From the NCBI GenBank assembly GCA_963703345.1, contig OY969814.1:1696001-1760000 (forward strand): a stretch of DNA of 64,000 bases, given 5' to 3'. The stretch is from an uncultured Chloroflexia bacterium. GTDB lineage: Bacteria > Chloroflexota > Dehalococcoidia > DSTF01 > JALHUB01. Below, piece after piece: positions 38,705 through 49,486 of this stretch. The position numbers and the translations under genes are program-made. Within the stretch, counting starts at the first letter, position 1, and the number at the start of each line of letters is the position of its first letter. The notes beneath the pieces are model-generated. The model worked only from the letters and a program-made list of their open reading frames with translations. It did no database searches and was not told the DNA's origin.

Positions 38705-39379
38705 ATGAAGCTCGGGACTGCCCTCGTCTTTTTGCTGCTGCTCGCGCTGACGGCGTCGGCCTGCGGCGGCGGGAAGTCGTCCACAGCCCGCATCGATCCA
38801 GGCAAAGTGCCCACCGCCACGCTTCCGGCGAATCTGCCCGAACCGCTAATCATCAACGGCGTGCCGACGCGTGCGCCCCAGGTGAGCGGCTCGACGTACA
38901 CCGTCGTGTCCGGCGACTCGCTCTCCGCGATTGCCGACAAGCTGGGGACGACCGTCGAAGAGCTGATGGCGGCGAACGATCTGACGAGCAACGACCTCGC
39001 CGTCGGGCAGGTGCTGAAGATTCCCGCGAGCAGCAGCCCGACCAGCGAGGCGACCGCTTCGCCGACTGCAAGTCGCGCGAAGACGCCGACGCCGGGCGCG
39101 GAAACGCCGACAGAGGCACCGGCCGTGACAGCGACGCCAGGGGCGACCGCAACGAGAGCGGCAGGACAGACGGAGTACACCGTGAAGTCGGGCGATAACG
39201 CTAACGACATCGCGCTGCAGTTCGGGATCACGGTGGAGGAGCTAGCGGCGGCAAACCACACGACCGTCGAAGCCTTGCGCAGCCTGCAGGTCGGCGACGT
39301 GCTCATCATTCCCGCTGCCTCCGGCACGCCGGCGCCGGCGGAGACGCCTACGCCGCCGGAGGATACGCCCGTAGGGTAG
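38705..39379 (+). CDS. Lipoprotein with two LysM domains
   Basis: Lipobox ASAC; YTVVSGDSLSAIA..VGQVLKIP and YTVKSGDN..VGDVLIIP; Pro/Thr linkers. Confidence 0.92.
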   Translation: MKLGTALVFLLLLALTASACGGGKSSTARIDPGKVPTATLPANLPEPLIINGVPTRAPQVSGSTYTVVSGDSLSAIADKLGTTVEELMAANDLTSNDLAVGQVLKIPASSSPTSEATASPTASRAKTPTPGAETPTEAPAVTATPGATATRAAGQTEYTVKSGDNANDIALQFGITVEELAAANHTTVEALRSLQVGDVLIIPAASGTPAPAETPTPPEDTPVG

Positions 39380-39455
39380 CGATGCCCTTTGCAGCCCTCG
39401 TCGATATACAATACTGTCCTGTAGGCGAAGCCGGACTGCGTTAGGAGACGCGCGA

Positions 39456-41006
<1,551 letters not shown>

Positions 41007-41009
41007 TTG

Positions 41010-41327
41010 TTATTGTTTTCTAGAAACACGCGCTTTCCGAATCTGGGGAAGCGCGTTTTGCTTAATTGACCTGCGAATTATGCGGCGCGCCATCTCGTTG
41101 GAGGCGTCCTGAAGGGTGCCCGGACGGGCGGGCGGTCCGCCGCGTTTCCTCTGCTCAAGCATCTTGAGGAGGATGGGGCGCATAGCAGGGCTGGCAAGCA
41201 GGACCTCGGTGAGGGCGAGCAACTGTCGGGAGTGGCGCCCGGTCTTGAGGGCGTTCAGGTTGCCCTTAGGGGCACCTCTCCTACGCGAGCCTTCCGCAGC
41301 GGCGGGTCGTCTTCCTCCTTGTGGCAT
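41010..41327 (-). CDS. Small basic protein with GAPKGNxNAxKxG motif
   Basis: RGAPKGNLNALKTGRHS; TTGGAA-17-TACGAT promoter ending 9 nt before the ATG. Confidence 0.6.
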   Translation of the reverse strand: MPQGGRRPAAAEGSRRRGAPKGNLNALKTGRHSRQLLALTEVLLASPAMRPILLKMLEQRKRGGPPARPGTLQDASNEMARRIIRRSIKQNALPQIRKARVSRKQ

Positions 41328-41417
41328 GGCGAGCTGATCGTAGCCGGTGAGTGGGGTTTTTCCAAGAGGGAAGTGGCACTGCTAACGCGTGGCAGCGAAA
41401 CTGGGCCGCGAACGCTC

Positions 41418-41446
41418 TTGACAGACCTCTCCCAGGCACATATGAT
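41418..41446 (+). promoter_or_regulatory. Sigma70-type promoter of the S74 surface-protein operon
   Basis: TTGACA-17 bp-TATGAT. Confidence 0.65.
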
Positions 41447-41641
41447 GCTAAAGCCCCAGCCACTGGCGTGTGGCCGCCTCCCTTGTATGTGACACGCAAG
41501 TAGGACGCTTGCGGGCCCGAGCCTCCCCCGCGGCCTCGGCGTAACAGCCGAGCCACTCGATTCCGCTTCCGTTCGCCGTATATTCGCGTCTTCGTTTCGT
41601 CGGCCGGCAATAGCAGGAGTTGGCCCAAAGGAGGTATCACC

Positions 41642-43210
41642 ATGTGGCATCCTAAGAGCGTCAGAATCATCGTTATCCCGATAGCGGCGTTGGCCGTCGG
41701 CCTCGCCCTGTGCGCGGCGACGTTAGTGATCGCCCTGGGAGTGCGCCCAGCGGCGGCAGGGCCGAACGCCAACCCGGGCGCGCCCAACCCGGGCCACGTC
41801 TGGACCGAAATCGAAGGCCACGGCATAGACTCAGCAGGCTGGTGGCTGGGCACGATCGCCAGCAATGCCCTGGAGCTGCGGGTGAACGGTGTCCGCGCCC
41901 TGCGCCTGGAACCCAACGCCACCAGCCCCAACGTCATCGGGGGCTACAGCGGGAATAGCGTTACTGCGGGCGCCTACGGGGCCACCATCAGCGGCGGCGG
42001 CTCCTCAGGCGCCGCGAATCAGGCGGAAGTCAACTACGCTACCGTCGGCGGGGGCCAGGCCAACACCGCCAGCGGTGGCTACGCCACCGTGCCTGGGGGC
42101 GTCAGCAACACGGCCGGCGGTTTCGCCGCCACCGTCGGCGGGGGCTATATCAACGCGGCCAGGAATGACTACTCCACCGTCGGCGGGGGCCATTCCAACA
42201 CGGCCAGCGGCAGCGACGCCACCATCGGCGGGGGCGCGGGCAACGGGGCCAGCGGCACCGACGCCACCATCGGCGGGGGCGATATCAACACGGCCGGAGA
42301 CGTCGCCGCCACCGTCGGCGGGGGCGAATCCAACACCGCCAACGGTGTCTTGGCCACCGTCGGCGGGGGCTATGCCAACACCGCCAGCAGCCAGGACGCC
42401 ACCGTCGGCGGGGGGCATTCCAACACGGCCAGCGGCGGGTTGGCGACCGTCGGCGGGGGCTATAGCAACATGGCCTCAGGCACCGAGGCCACCGTCGGCG
42501 GGGGCGTTAGCAACACGGCCAGCGGTAACCAGGCCACCGTGCCTGGGGGCTCGGCCAACACCGCGGCGGGAAACTACAGCTTCGCGGCGGGGTACAGAGC
42601 GCAAGCCAACCATCCGGGAGCGTTCGTCTGGGCGGATTCCACCGGCTCCTTCTTCCCGTCGTCGGCGGCTAACATGTTCCAGGTGCGCGCTTCGGGCGGC
42701 TACGGTTTCTACACCGACCCGTCCGCAACCACAGGCGTGTATTTGCTCGGTGGCAGTGGGTCCTGGTCGTCGTTCAGCAGCCGGGACGTGAAGGAGAACT
42801 TCACGCCGGTGGACGGCCAGGAGGTGCTGGCCAGCCTGGCCAACGTCCCCGTCTCTACCTGGAACTACAAGGCCCAGGACGCCTCGATCCGCCACATGGG
42901 GCCGGTAGCGCAGGACTTCTCCGCCGCCTTCGGCCTGGGCGAGAGCGACACGGGCATCAGCACCGTGGACGCCGACGGCGTGGCCATGGCGGGCATCCAG
43001 GGGCTGTACCAGCTCTCCCAGGAGCAGGCCAGCCGCATCCAGACGCTGGAGGCGCAGGTGACGGCGCTGGAAGGGGCAAACGGGACGAACAACAGCGCAT
43101 CGGCTGGACTGTTCTCCTCCGGCCTGAGCATCGGCTGGCTGCCTATCGGTGGACTGCTGCTGGCGGGCTTGGTCCTGGTACAGCGCCGCCGCGCGGGAGG
43201 CAAGCGATGA
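41642..43210 (+). CDS. Exported Gly-rich beta-roll fibre protein with Peptidase S74-type chaperone and C-terminal TM anchor (copy 1)
   Basis: AAGGAGG RBS; signal-like N-terminus; 12 regular 15-aa ATVGGGxxNxA repeats; SSRDVKENF..WNYK..HMGPVAQDF..FGLG; coiled coil; TM plus RRR. Confidence 0.88.
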   Translation: MWHPKSVRIIVIPIAALAVGLALCAATLVIALGVRPAAAGPNANPGAPNPGHVWTEIEGHGIDSAGWWLGTIASNALELRVNGVRALRLEPNATSPNVIGGYSGNSVTAGAYGATISGGGSSGAANQAEVNYATVGGGQANTASGGYATVPGGVSNTAGGFAATVGGGYINAARNDYSTVGGGHSNTASGSDATIGGGAGNGASGTDATIGGGDINTAGDVAATVGGGESNTANGVLATVGGGYANTASSQDATVGGGHSNTASGGLATVGGGYSNMASGTEATVGGGVSNTASGNQATVPGGSANTAAGNYSFAAGYRAQANHPGAFVWADSTGSFFPSSAANMFQVRASGGYGFYTDPSATTGVYLLGGSGSWSSFSSRDVKENFTPVDGQEVLASLANVPVSTWNYKAQDASIRHMGPVAQDFSAAFGLGESDTGISTVDADGVAMAGIQGLYQLSQEQASRIQTLEAQVTALEGANGTNNSASAGLFSSGLSIGWLPIGGLLLAGLVLVQRRRAGGKR

Positions 43211-43262
43211 GACGAGCAGCAGTATTCGCGGCCCTGCTCCTCGCTGTGCTGGCGGGCGCGTT
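43207..43262 (+). pseudogene. Truncated duplicate of the 5' end of the Cys-rich gene
   Basis: Encodes MRRAAVFAALLLAVLAGA, nearly identical to the start of 44884, then switches to the duplicated leader. Confidence 0.75.
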
Positions 43263-43342
43263 CCGCCGCTTCCGTTCGCCGTATTCTCATCTTCGTTTCG
43301 TCGGCCGGCAAGAGCAGGAACTAGCACAAAGGAGGTATCACC

Positions 43343-44887
43343 ATGTGGCAGCCTAAGAGCGTCAGAGTCATCGTCATCACGGTAGCGGCGTTGGTCGTCG
43401 GTCTCGCCCTGTGCGCGGCGACGTTAGTCATCGCCCTGGGGGTGCGCCCAGCGGCGGCAGGACCGAACGCCAACCCGGGCGCGCCCAACCCGGGCCACCT
43501 ATGGACCGAAATCGAAGGTCACGGCACAGACGCGGCGGGCTGGTGGCTGGGCACGATCGCCAGCAATGCCCTGGAGCTGCGGGTGAACGGCGCCCGCGCC
43601 CTGCGCCTGGAGCCAAATGCCTTCGGCCCCAACGTCATCGGGGGCTACAACGGGAATAGCGTTACTGCGGGCGCCTACGGTGCCGCCATCGGCGGCGGTG
43701 GGACGAGCGGCAATACCAACCGCGTGACCGACGACTACGGCACGGTGGGAGGGGGCGTAAACAACCAGGCAGGCGACAACGGGGGCGGCGTCGGAAACTG
43801 CCCCGGCACCACCGTCGCCGGGGGCCAAAGCAACCAGGCCAGCAACATGTACTCCACCGTCGGCGGGGGCGAGAGCAACGCGGCCAGCGGTGGCTTCGCC
43901 ACCGTCGGCGGGGGCTGGGGCAACCACGCCCAGGGCGGGGACGCCACCGTCGCCGGGGGCCAAAGCAACCAGGCCAGCAACGTGTTCGACACCGTCGGCG
44001 GGGGCGAGACCAACACGGCCAGCGGTGGCTACGCCACCGTCGGCGGGGGCTGGCAGAACTGGGCCAGCGGCAGCGCCTCCACCGTCGGCGGGGGCTACGG
44101 AGACCGGGCCCCAGGCATCCAGGCCACGGTCGGCGGAGGCTACGGCAACAACGCCGGCGGTGCCTACGCCACCGTGCCGGGGGGCCGGAGCAACGCCGCG
44201 TCGGGAGACTACAGCTTCGCGGCGGGGTTCCAAGCGCAAGCCAACACTGCGGGAGATTTCGTCTGGGCGGATTCCACCGGCGCAGTTTTAGCCTCAAATT
44301 ACTCTGACCAGTTCTTGGTGCGCGCTTCGGGCGGCACCACCTTCTACTCCACCGCTGCCGCAGACGTAGGCGTGGCATTGTACTCTGGCGACGGCTCCTG
44401 GTCGTCGTTCAGCAGCCGGGACGTGAAGGACAACTTCACGCCGGTGGACGGCCAGCAGGTGCTGGCCAGCCTGGCCAACGTCCCCATCACCACCTGGAAC
44501 TACAAGGCCCAGGACGCCTCGATCCGCCATATGGGGCCCATGGCCCAGGATCTCTCCGCCGCCTTCGGCCTCGGTGAGGACAACCTCCACATCAACACCC
44601 TGGACGCCGACGGCGTGGCCCTGGCCGGCATCCAGGGGCTCTACCAGCTCTCCCAGGAGCAGGCGAGCCGCATCCAGGCCCTGGAGGACGAGAACGCTTC
44701 CCTCAAGCAAGGGCTTGACAGCCTGGAGACGCGGGTGACGGCGCTGGAAGGGGCAAACGGGACGAGCAACAGCGCATCGGCTGGACTGTTCTCCTCCGGC
44801 CTGAGCATCGGCTGGCTGCCTATCGGTGGACTGCTGGTGGCGGGCCTGGTCCTGGTGCAGCGCCGCCGCGCGGGAGGCAAGCGATGA
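43343..44887 (+). CDS. Exported Gly-rich beta-roll fibre protein with Peptidase S74-type chaperone and C-terminal TM anchor (copy 2)
   Basis: Same architecture as copy 1; 9 regular plus 2 irregular repeats, SSRDVKDNF, longer coiled coil, near-identical TM tail. Confidence 0.88.
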   Translation: MWQPKSVRVIVITVAALVVGLALCAATLVIALGVRPAAAGPNANPGAPNPGHLWTEIEGHGTDAAGWWLGTIASNALELRVNGARALRLEPNAFGPNVIGGYNGNSVTAGAYGAAIGGGGTSGNTNRVTDDYGTVGGGVNNQAGDNGGGVGNCPGTTVAGGQSNQASNMYSTVGGGESNAASGGFATVGGGWGNHAQGGDATVAGGQSNQASNVFDTVGGGETNTASGGYATVGGGWQNWASGSASTVGGGYGDRAPGIQATVGGGYGNNAGGAYATVPGGRSNAASGDYSFAAGFQAQANTAGDFVWADSTGAVLASNYSDQFLVRASGGTTFYSTAAADVGVALYSGDGSWSSFSSRDVKDNFTPVDGQQVLASLANVPITTWNYKAQDASIRHMGPMAQDLSAAFGLGEDNLHINTLDADGVALAGIQGLYQLSQEQASRIQALEDENASLKQGLDSLETRVTALEGANGTSNSASAGLFSSGLSIGWLPIGGLLVAGLVLVQRRRAGGKR

Positions 44888-45549
44888 GACGAGCAGCATT
44901 ATTCGCGGCCCTGCTCCTCGCTGTGCTGGCGGGCGCGCTCCGTGGGTACTGGCCGCTGGGCAGTGGCTCTGTCTCGTCCGCGGGCGGGCTGACATGCAGT
45001 GTGAAGGGGTCATGTAATGGAGCAGGCGAGGTGGCGGTATTCCGGATGTCGGGGCTGGCCAACGCGCATGCGGGAACGGCGACCGTCTCGGGCTACCCTG
45101 ACGTGGTGTGTTGCAGCGGCGTGACGGGCCTGAGCAATAGCTGTAGCGGGAGCTACACCACGGTGCTGAGGCTATCGGCAACGGACAACGCGCACGTGGC
45201 CTCCAGCGAGCCCAGCTACACGACCCAGGCGTGCCTGTCGGCGACCGGCACGACAATTAGCTGCCAGTACGGCTCGAGCTGCGGCAGTGGTTACACTTGC
45301 CTGGCAACTATCTACAGCAGCACCAACGCGCACGTGGCGGACTGCGACGGCAGCAACGACTACGGGACGAAGGTCTGCTGCTCTGCCAGCGCCGTTGTCG
45401 CCGTCGGTGGTGTGGCGGAGCCTCCGGACGTAGCTGGATCGGCGAGCGGCTCCTCGTCCCCACCGTATGCGGCGCTGGCGGGAGCGGCGGCTGGGGTCGT
45501 CATGCTCGCGGCGGGCGGATGGTACGTTAGGAGGCGCCGGCAGATGTAG
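44884..45549 (+). CDS. Secreted Cys-rich protein with three NAH repeats and C-terminal VGG..TM..WYVRRRR anchor
   Basis: Signal peptide; NAHAG, NAHVA, NAHVA, each within Cys-bounded repeats; VGGVAEPP, hydrophobic helix, GGWYVRRRR; ATGA overlap with the upstream gene. Confidence 0.82.
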   Translation: MRRAALFAALLLAVLAGALRGYWPLGSGSVSSAGGLTCSVKGSCNGAGEVAVFRMSGLANAHAGTATVSGYPDVVCCSGVTGLSNSCSGSYTTVLRLSATDNAHVASSEPSYTTQACLSATGTTISCQYGSSCGSGYTCLATIYSSTNAHVADCDGSNDYGTKVCCSASAVVAVGGVAEPPDVAGSASGSSSPPYAALAGAAAGVVMLAAGGWYVRRRRQM

Positions 45550-45645
45550 GTCAGACCCGTCGCTGGTCTGCGGCGGTTTGGGCTAAGGGGGCGGCAGACG
45601 TATAATTGGCTCTGAAGCATCGAATTCCCCGCTCGGAGCCAATTC

Positions 45646-47574
45646 GTGGGAAAGAGCCTGACGCGGAAGATCATCGAGGAGCACCTCGTCGAGGGCGAGG
45701 CCGTCGCCGGCGGCGAGGTCGCGCTGCGCATCGACCAGACGCTGACGCAGGACGCGACGGGGACGATGGCCTACCTGCAGTTCGAGGCGATGGGCATCCC
45801 ACGCGTCCGCACGAAGCTGTCGGTCAGCTACGTCGACCACAACATGCTGCAGACGGGCTTCGAGAACTCGGACGATCACCGCTTCCTCCAGAGCTTCGCC
45901 GCCAAGCACGGGATCTATTTCTCGCGACCCGGAAACGGCATCTGCCACCAGGTGCACCTGGAGCGCTTCAGCGCGCCGGGCGAGACGCTGCTGGGCTCCG
46001 ACAGCCATACGCCGATGTGCGGCGGCGCGGGCATGCTGGCGATGGGCGCCGGCGGGCTGGACGTGGCGATGGCGATGGCCGGCGAGCCGTTCCGGCTGAT
46101 GATGCCGCGGGTGGTGCGAGTTGACCTGAAGGGCAGGCTGCCACCGTGGGTCCTGGCGAAGGATGTCATTCTGGAGATGCTGCGCCGTCTGAGCGTGAAG
46201 GGCGGCGTCGGCAAGGTCTTTGAGTACGCCGGCGAAGGTGCCGCCGCCCTCAGCGTACCCGGACGCGCGATCATCACGAACATGGGCGCCGAGCTGGGCG
46301 CTACAAGCTCTATCTTCCCAAGCGACGAACACACCCGCGAGTACCTGCGGGCGCAGAAGCGCGAGGATGCCTGGAAGCCGCTGTCGCCTGACGCGGACGC
46401 GCAGTACGACGAGGTGATGGAGCTGGACCTGTCGGCGCTGGAGCCGCTGATCGCCGTGCCTTCGAGCCCGGACGCCGTCGTGCCGGTGCGCGAGGTCGCG
46501 GGAATGGAGGTCGGTCAGGTCGTTATCGGAAGTTGCACCAACTCGTCGTACCTGGACCTGATGGCCGTCGCGGCGATCGTGAAGGGCAAGATGGTATCGC
46601 CGGCGGTCAACGCGTCGGTCAATCCGGGGACGCGGCAGGTGATGCTGATGCTGGCGGAGAACGGGGCCCTGGCGGACCTGATCGCGGCGGGCTTTCGGGT
46701 GCTGGAGTCGTCGTGCGGGCCGTGCATCGGGATGGGGCAGTCGCCGGCGACGGGCAGCGTGTCGCTGCGGACGTTCAATCGCAACTTCCCCGGTCGCAGC
46801 GGGACAATGGGCGACCGCGTGTATCTGTGCAGCCCGCTAGTCGCGGCGGCGTCGGCTATCAGCGGCGTCCTAACCGATCCGCGCGCCCTGGGCGAAGCGC
46901 CGCACGTCGTCGTGCCCGCAGAATTCAAGGTGGACGACCGCATGATTATCGCGCCGTCGAAGGAAGGCGAGCGCGTCGAGATCGTGCGCGGGCCGAACAT
47001 CAAGCCTCTCCCGCGCGGCGAGCCGTTGCCGGAGACGCTGCGGGCAAGCGTCGTCCTCAAGGTCGCGGACGATATCACGACGGACCACATCATGCCGGCG
47101 GGGTCGAAGCTGCTGCCGTTGCGGTCCAACATTCCGGCGATGGCGGAGCACGTCTTCGAGCAGGTCGACGCGGATTTCGCGCGTCGGGCGAAGGACGCGG
47201 GCAGCTCGGTTGTCGTCGGGGGCAGCAACTACGGACAGGGGTCGAGCCGCGAGCACGCCGCGCTGGCGCCGATGTACCTGGGGCTGCGCGCTGTGCTGGC
47301 GAAGTCGTTCGCGCGAATCCACCGCGCCAACCTGGTGAACGTGGGGATCCTGCCGCTCGTGTTCGTCGATGAGGGCGACTACGACCGCATCGAGCAGGGC
47401 GATGAGCTGGAGATACCGCACGCGCGCGCCGCCGTCGAGCGGGGCGAGACCGTACGGGTGCGCAATCGCACGCGGGGATACGAGTTCGAGGCGCGGCACG
47501 GGTTGTCGGCGCACCAGGCGCGGGTGCTGCTGGCGGGCGGCCGTTTGAGCTATGTGAAGTCGTTGCAGGGATAG
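45646..47574 (+). CDS. acn: Aconitate hydratase (short type)
   Basis: TQDATGT, DHN, GICHQVHLE, DSHT, GSCTN, CGPCIG, NRNFPGR, TTDHI, GSSREHAA; in an operon with mdh and fumarase. Confidence 0.92.
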   Translation: MGKSLTRKIIEEHLVEGEAVAGGEVALRIDQTLTQDATGTMAYLQFEAMGIPRVRTKLSVSYVDHNMLQTGFENSDDHRFLQSFAAKHGIYFSRPGNGICHQVHLERFSAPGETLLGSDSHTPMCGGAGMLAMGAGGLDVAMAMAGEPFRLMMPRVVRVDLKGRLPPWVLAKDVILEMLRRLSVKGGVGKVFEYAGEGAAALSVPGRAIITNMGAELGATSSIFPSDEHTREYLRAQKREDAWKPLSPDADAQYDEVMELDLSALEPLIAVPSSPDAVVPVREVAGMEVGQVVIGSCTNSSYLDLMAVAAIVKGKMVSPAVNASVNPGTRQVMLMLAENGALADLIAAGFRVLESSCGPCIGMGQSPATGSVSLRTFNRNFPGRSGTMGDRVYLCSPLVAAASAISGVLTDPRALGEAPHVVVPAEFKVDDRMIIAPSKEGERVEIVRGPNIKPLPRGEPLPETLRASVVLKVADDITTDHIMPAGSKLLPLRSNIPAMAEHVFEQVDADFARRAKDAGSSVVVGGSNYGQGSSREHAALAPMYLGLRAVLAKSFARIHRANLVNVGILPLVFVDEGDYDRIEQGDELEIPHARAAVERGETVRVRNRTRGYEFEARHGLSAHQARVLLAGGRLSYVKSLQG

Positions 47575-47585
47575 GGAAGACACCA

Positions 47586-47610
47586 CGGGCGAGACGCCCG
47601 CTCTATGCGG
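47586..47610. repeat. REP-like hairpin, same family as 24215
   Basis: cgggcgagacgcccgctctatgcgg, with a compensatory stem change relative to 24215. Confidence 0.6.
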
Positions 47611-47633
47611 ATTCGATTTCTTCGTCTCATTAA

Positions 47634-48581
<948 letters not shown>

Positions 48582-48629
48582 CGGGTCCGCGCGACTGTGG
48601 ATTCGCCTGCGTTTGAGAAAGGTCTTCCT

Positions 48630-49475
48630 ATGAGAGAGGTGCACGTCGACAAGATAAGCGACAAGGTGGCGGAGCTCTTCGTCGATGCGGCGCACAACCT
48701 GCCGGAGGACGTGGTCGCGGCATTGGAGCGCGCCCGCGACAGCGAGGAGTCGCCGCTCGGACGGCAGGTGCTGGAGGAGATACTGGAGAACGCGAAGCTG
48801 GCCGCTGCGGAGATGATCCCGCTCTGTCAGGACACCGGCACGTCGGTCGTTTTCGTGGAAATCGGGCAGGAAGTGCACATCGCCGGCGGGGCGCTGGAGA
48901 AGGCGGTGAACCGCGGCGTCGCGAAGGCGTACACGGAAGGCTACCTGCGGAAGTCGATGGTGACGCAGCCGTTCTCCGTCCGCAAGAACAGCGGCGACAA
49001 CACACCCGCCGTCATACACGTCAACCTCGTGCCCGGCGATGCGTTCAAGCTCACGGTCATGCCGAAGGGCGGCGGCTGCGAGAACATGAGCCGCATGACC
49101 ATCCTTCTGCCCGGACAGGGGCGCGAGGGCATCGTGAACTTCGTGCTGCGGGCGGTGGAAGAGGCGAGCGGCAACCCATGTCCGCCGCTGGTCGTCGGCG
49201 TGGGCATCGGCGGGACGGCGGAGCACTGCATGCTGCTGGCGAAGAAGGCGATAACACGCCGCGTCGGCAGGCCGAACGGCGACGCAGAGACGGCGGACCT
49301 GGAGCGCGAGCTGCTGGAGAAGGTGAACGCGCTCGGGCTGGGCCCGCAGGCGGTCGGCGGCGTCAACACCGCGCTCGCCGTGCATGTCGAGAGCTTCCCG
49401 ACGCACATCACCGCGCTGCCGGTCGCCGTCAACATGCAATGTCACAGCGCTCGCGTGAAGGAAGCGGAGCTTTAG
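48630..49475 (+). CDS. Class I fumarate hydratase (tartrate/fumarate family), alpha subunit
   Basis: PLCQDTG, GYLRKS, DNTPA, KGGGCEN, CPP..GIGGT, NMQCH. Confidence 0.92.
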   Translation: MREVHVDKISDKVAELFVDAAHNLPEDVVAALERARDSEESPLGRQVLEEILENAKLAAAEMIPLCQDTGTSVVFVEIGQEVHIAGGALEKAVNRGVAKAYTEGYLRKSMVTQPFSVRKNSGDNTPAVIHVNLVPGDAFKLTVMPKGGGCENMSRMTILLPGQGREGIVNFVLRAVEEASGNPCPPLVVGVGIGGTAEHCMLLAKKAITRRVGRPNGDAETADLERELLEKVNALGLGPQAVGGVNTALAVHVESFPTHITALPVAVNMQCHSARVKEAEL

Positions 49476-49486
49476 GGAGGAACAAC

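Larger units (their letters stand above)
41560..44938 (+). repeat. Tandem duplication of about 1.7 kb (copy 1 ~41560-43261, copy 2 ~43262-44938)
   Basis: The leader (ccgcttccgttcgccgtat..aaaggaggtatcaccatgtggc), the 5' and 3' gene ends and the start of the next gene (atgagacgagcagca..ctggcgggcgcg) each occur twice. Confidence 0.9.

Noticed and set aside
41490-41560. c-di-GMP-I riboswitch resemblance in the fibre operon leader
   Set aside because: Only a short ACAGCCG-like tail is similar; the GNRA-capped stem and GCAAA core are not identifiable.
41981-42580. Regular 45-bp periodicity (constant gccaccgtcggcgggggc plus variable segment) resembling a CRISPR array; also at 43681-44215
   Set aside because: The period is a multiple of 3 and in frame within an ORF encoding 15-aa repeats; the 'spacers' resemble each other; no cas genes.
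41642-44887. Diversity-generating retroelement template/variable repeat pair
   Set aside because: No reverse transcriptase in the window, and differences between copies include indels and are not evidently adenine-specific.
41010-45549. Prophage, suggested by tail-fibre chaperone domains and a terminase-like motif
   Set aside because: No integrase, capsid, portal, large terminase or tail genes; the proteins have signal peptides and TM anchors.
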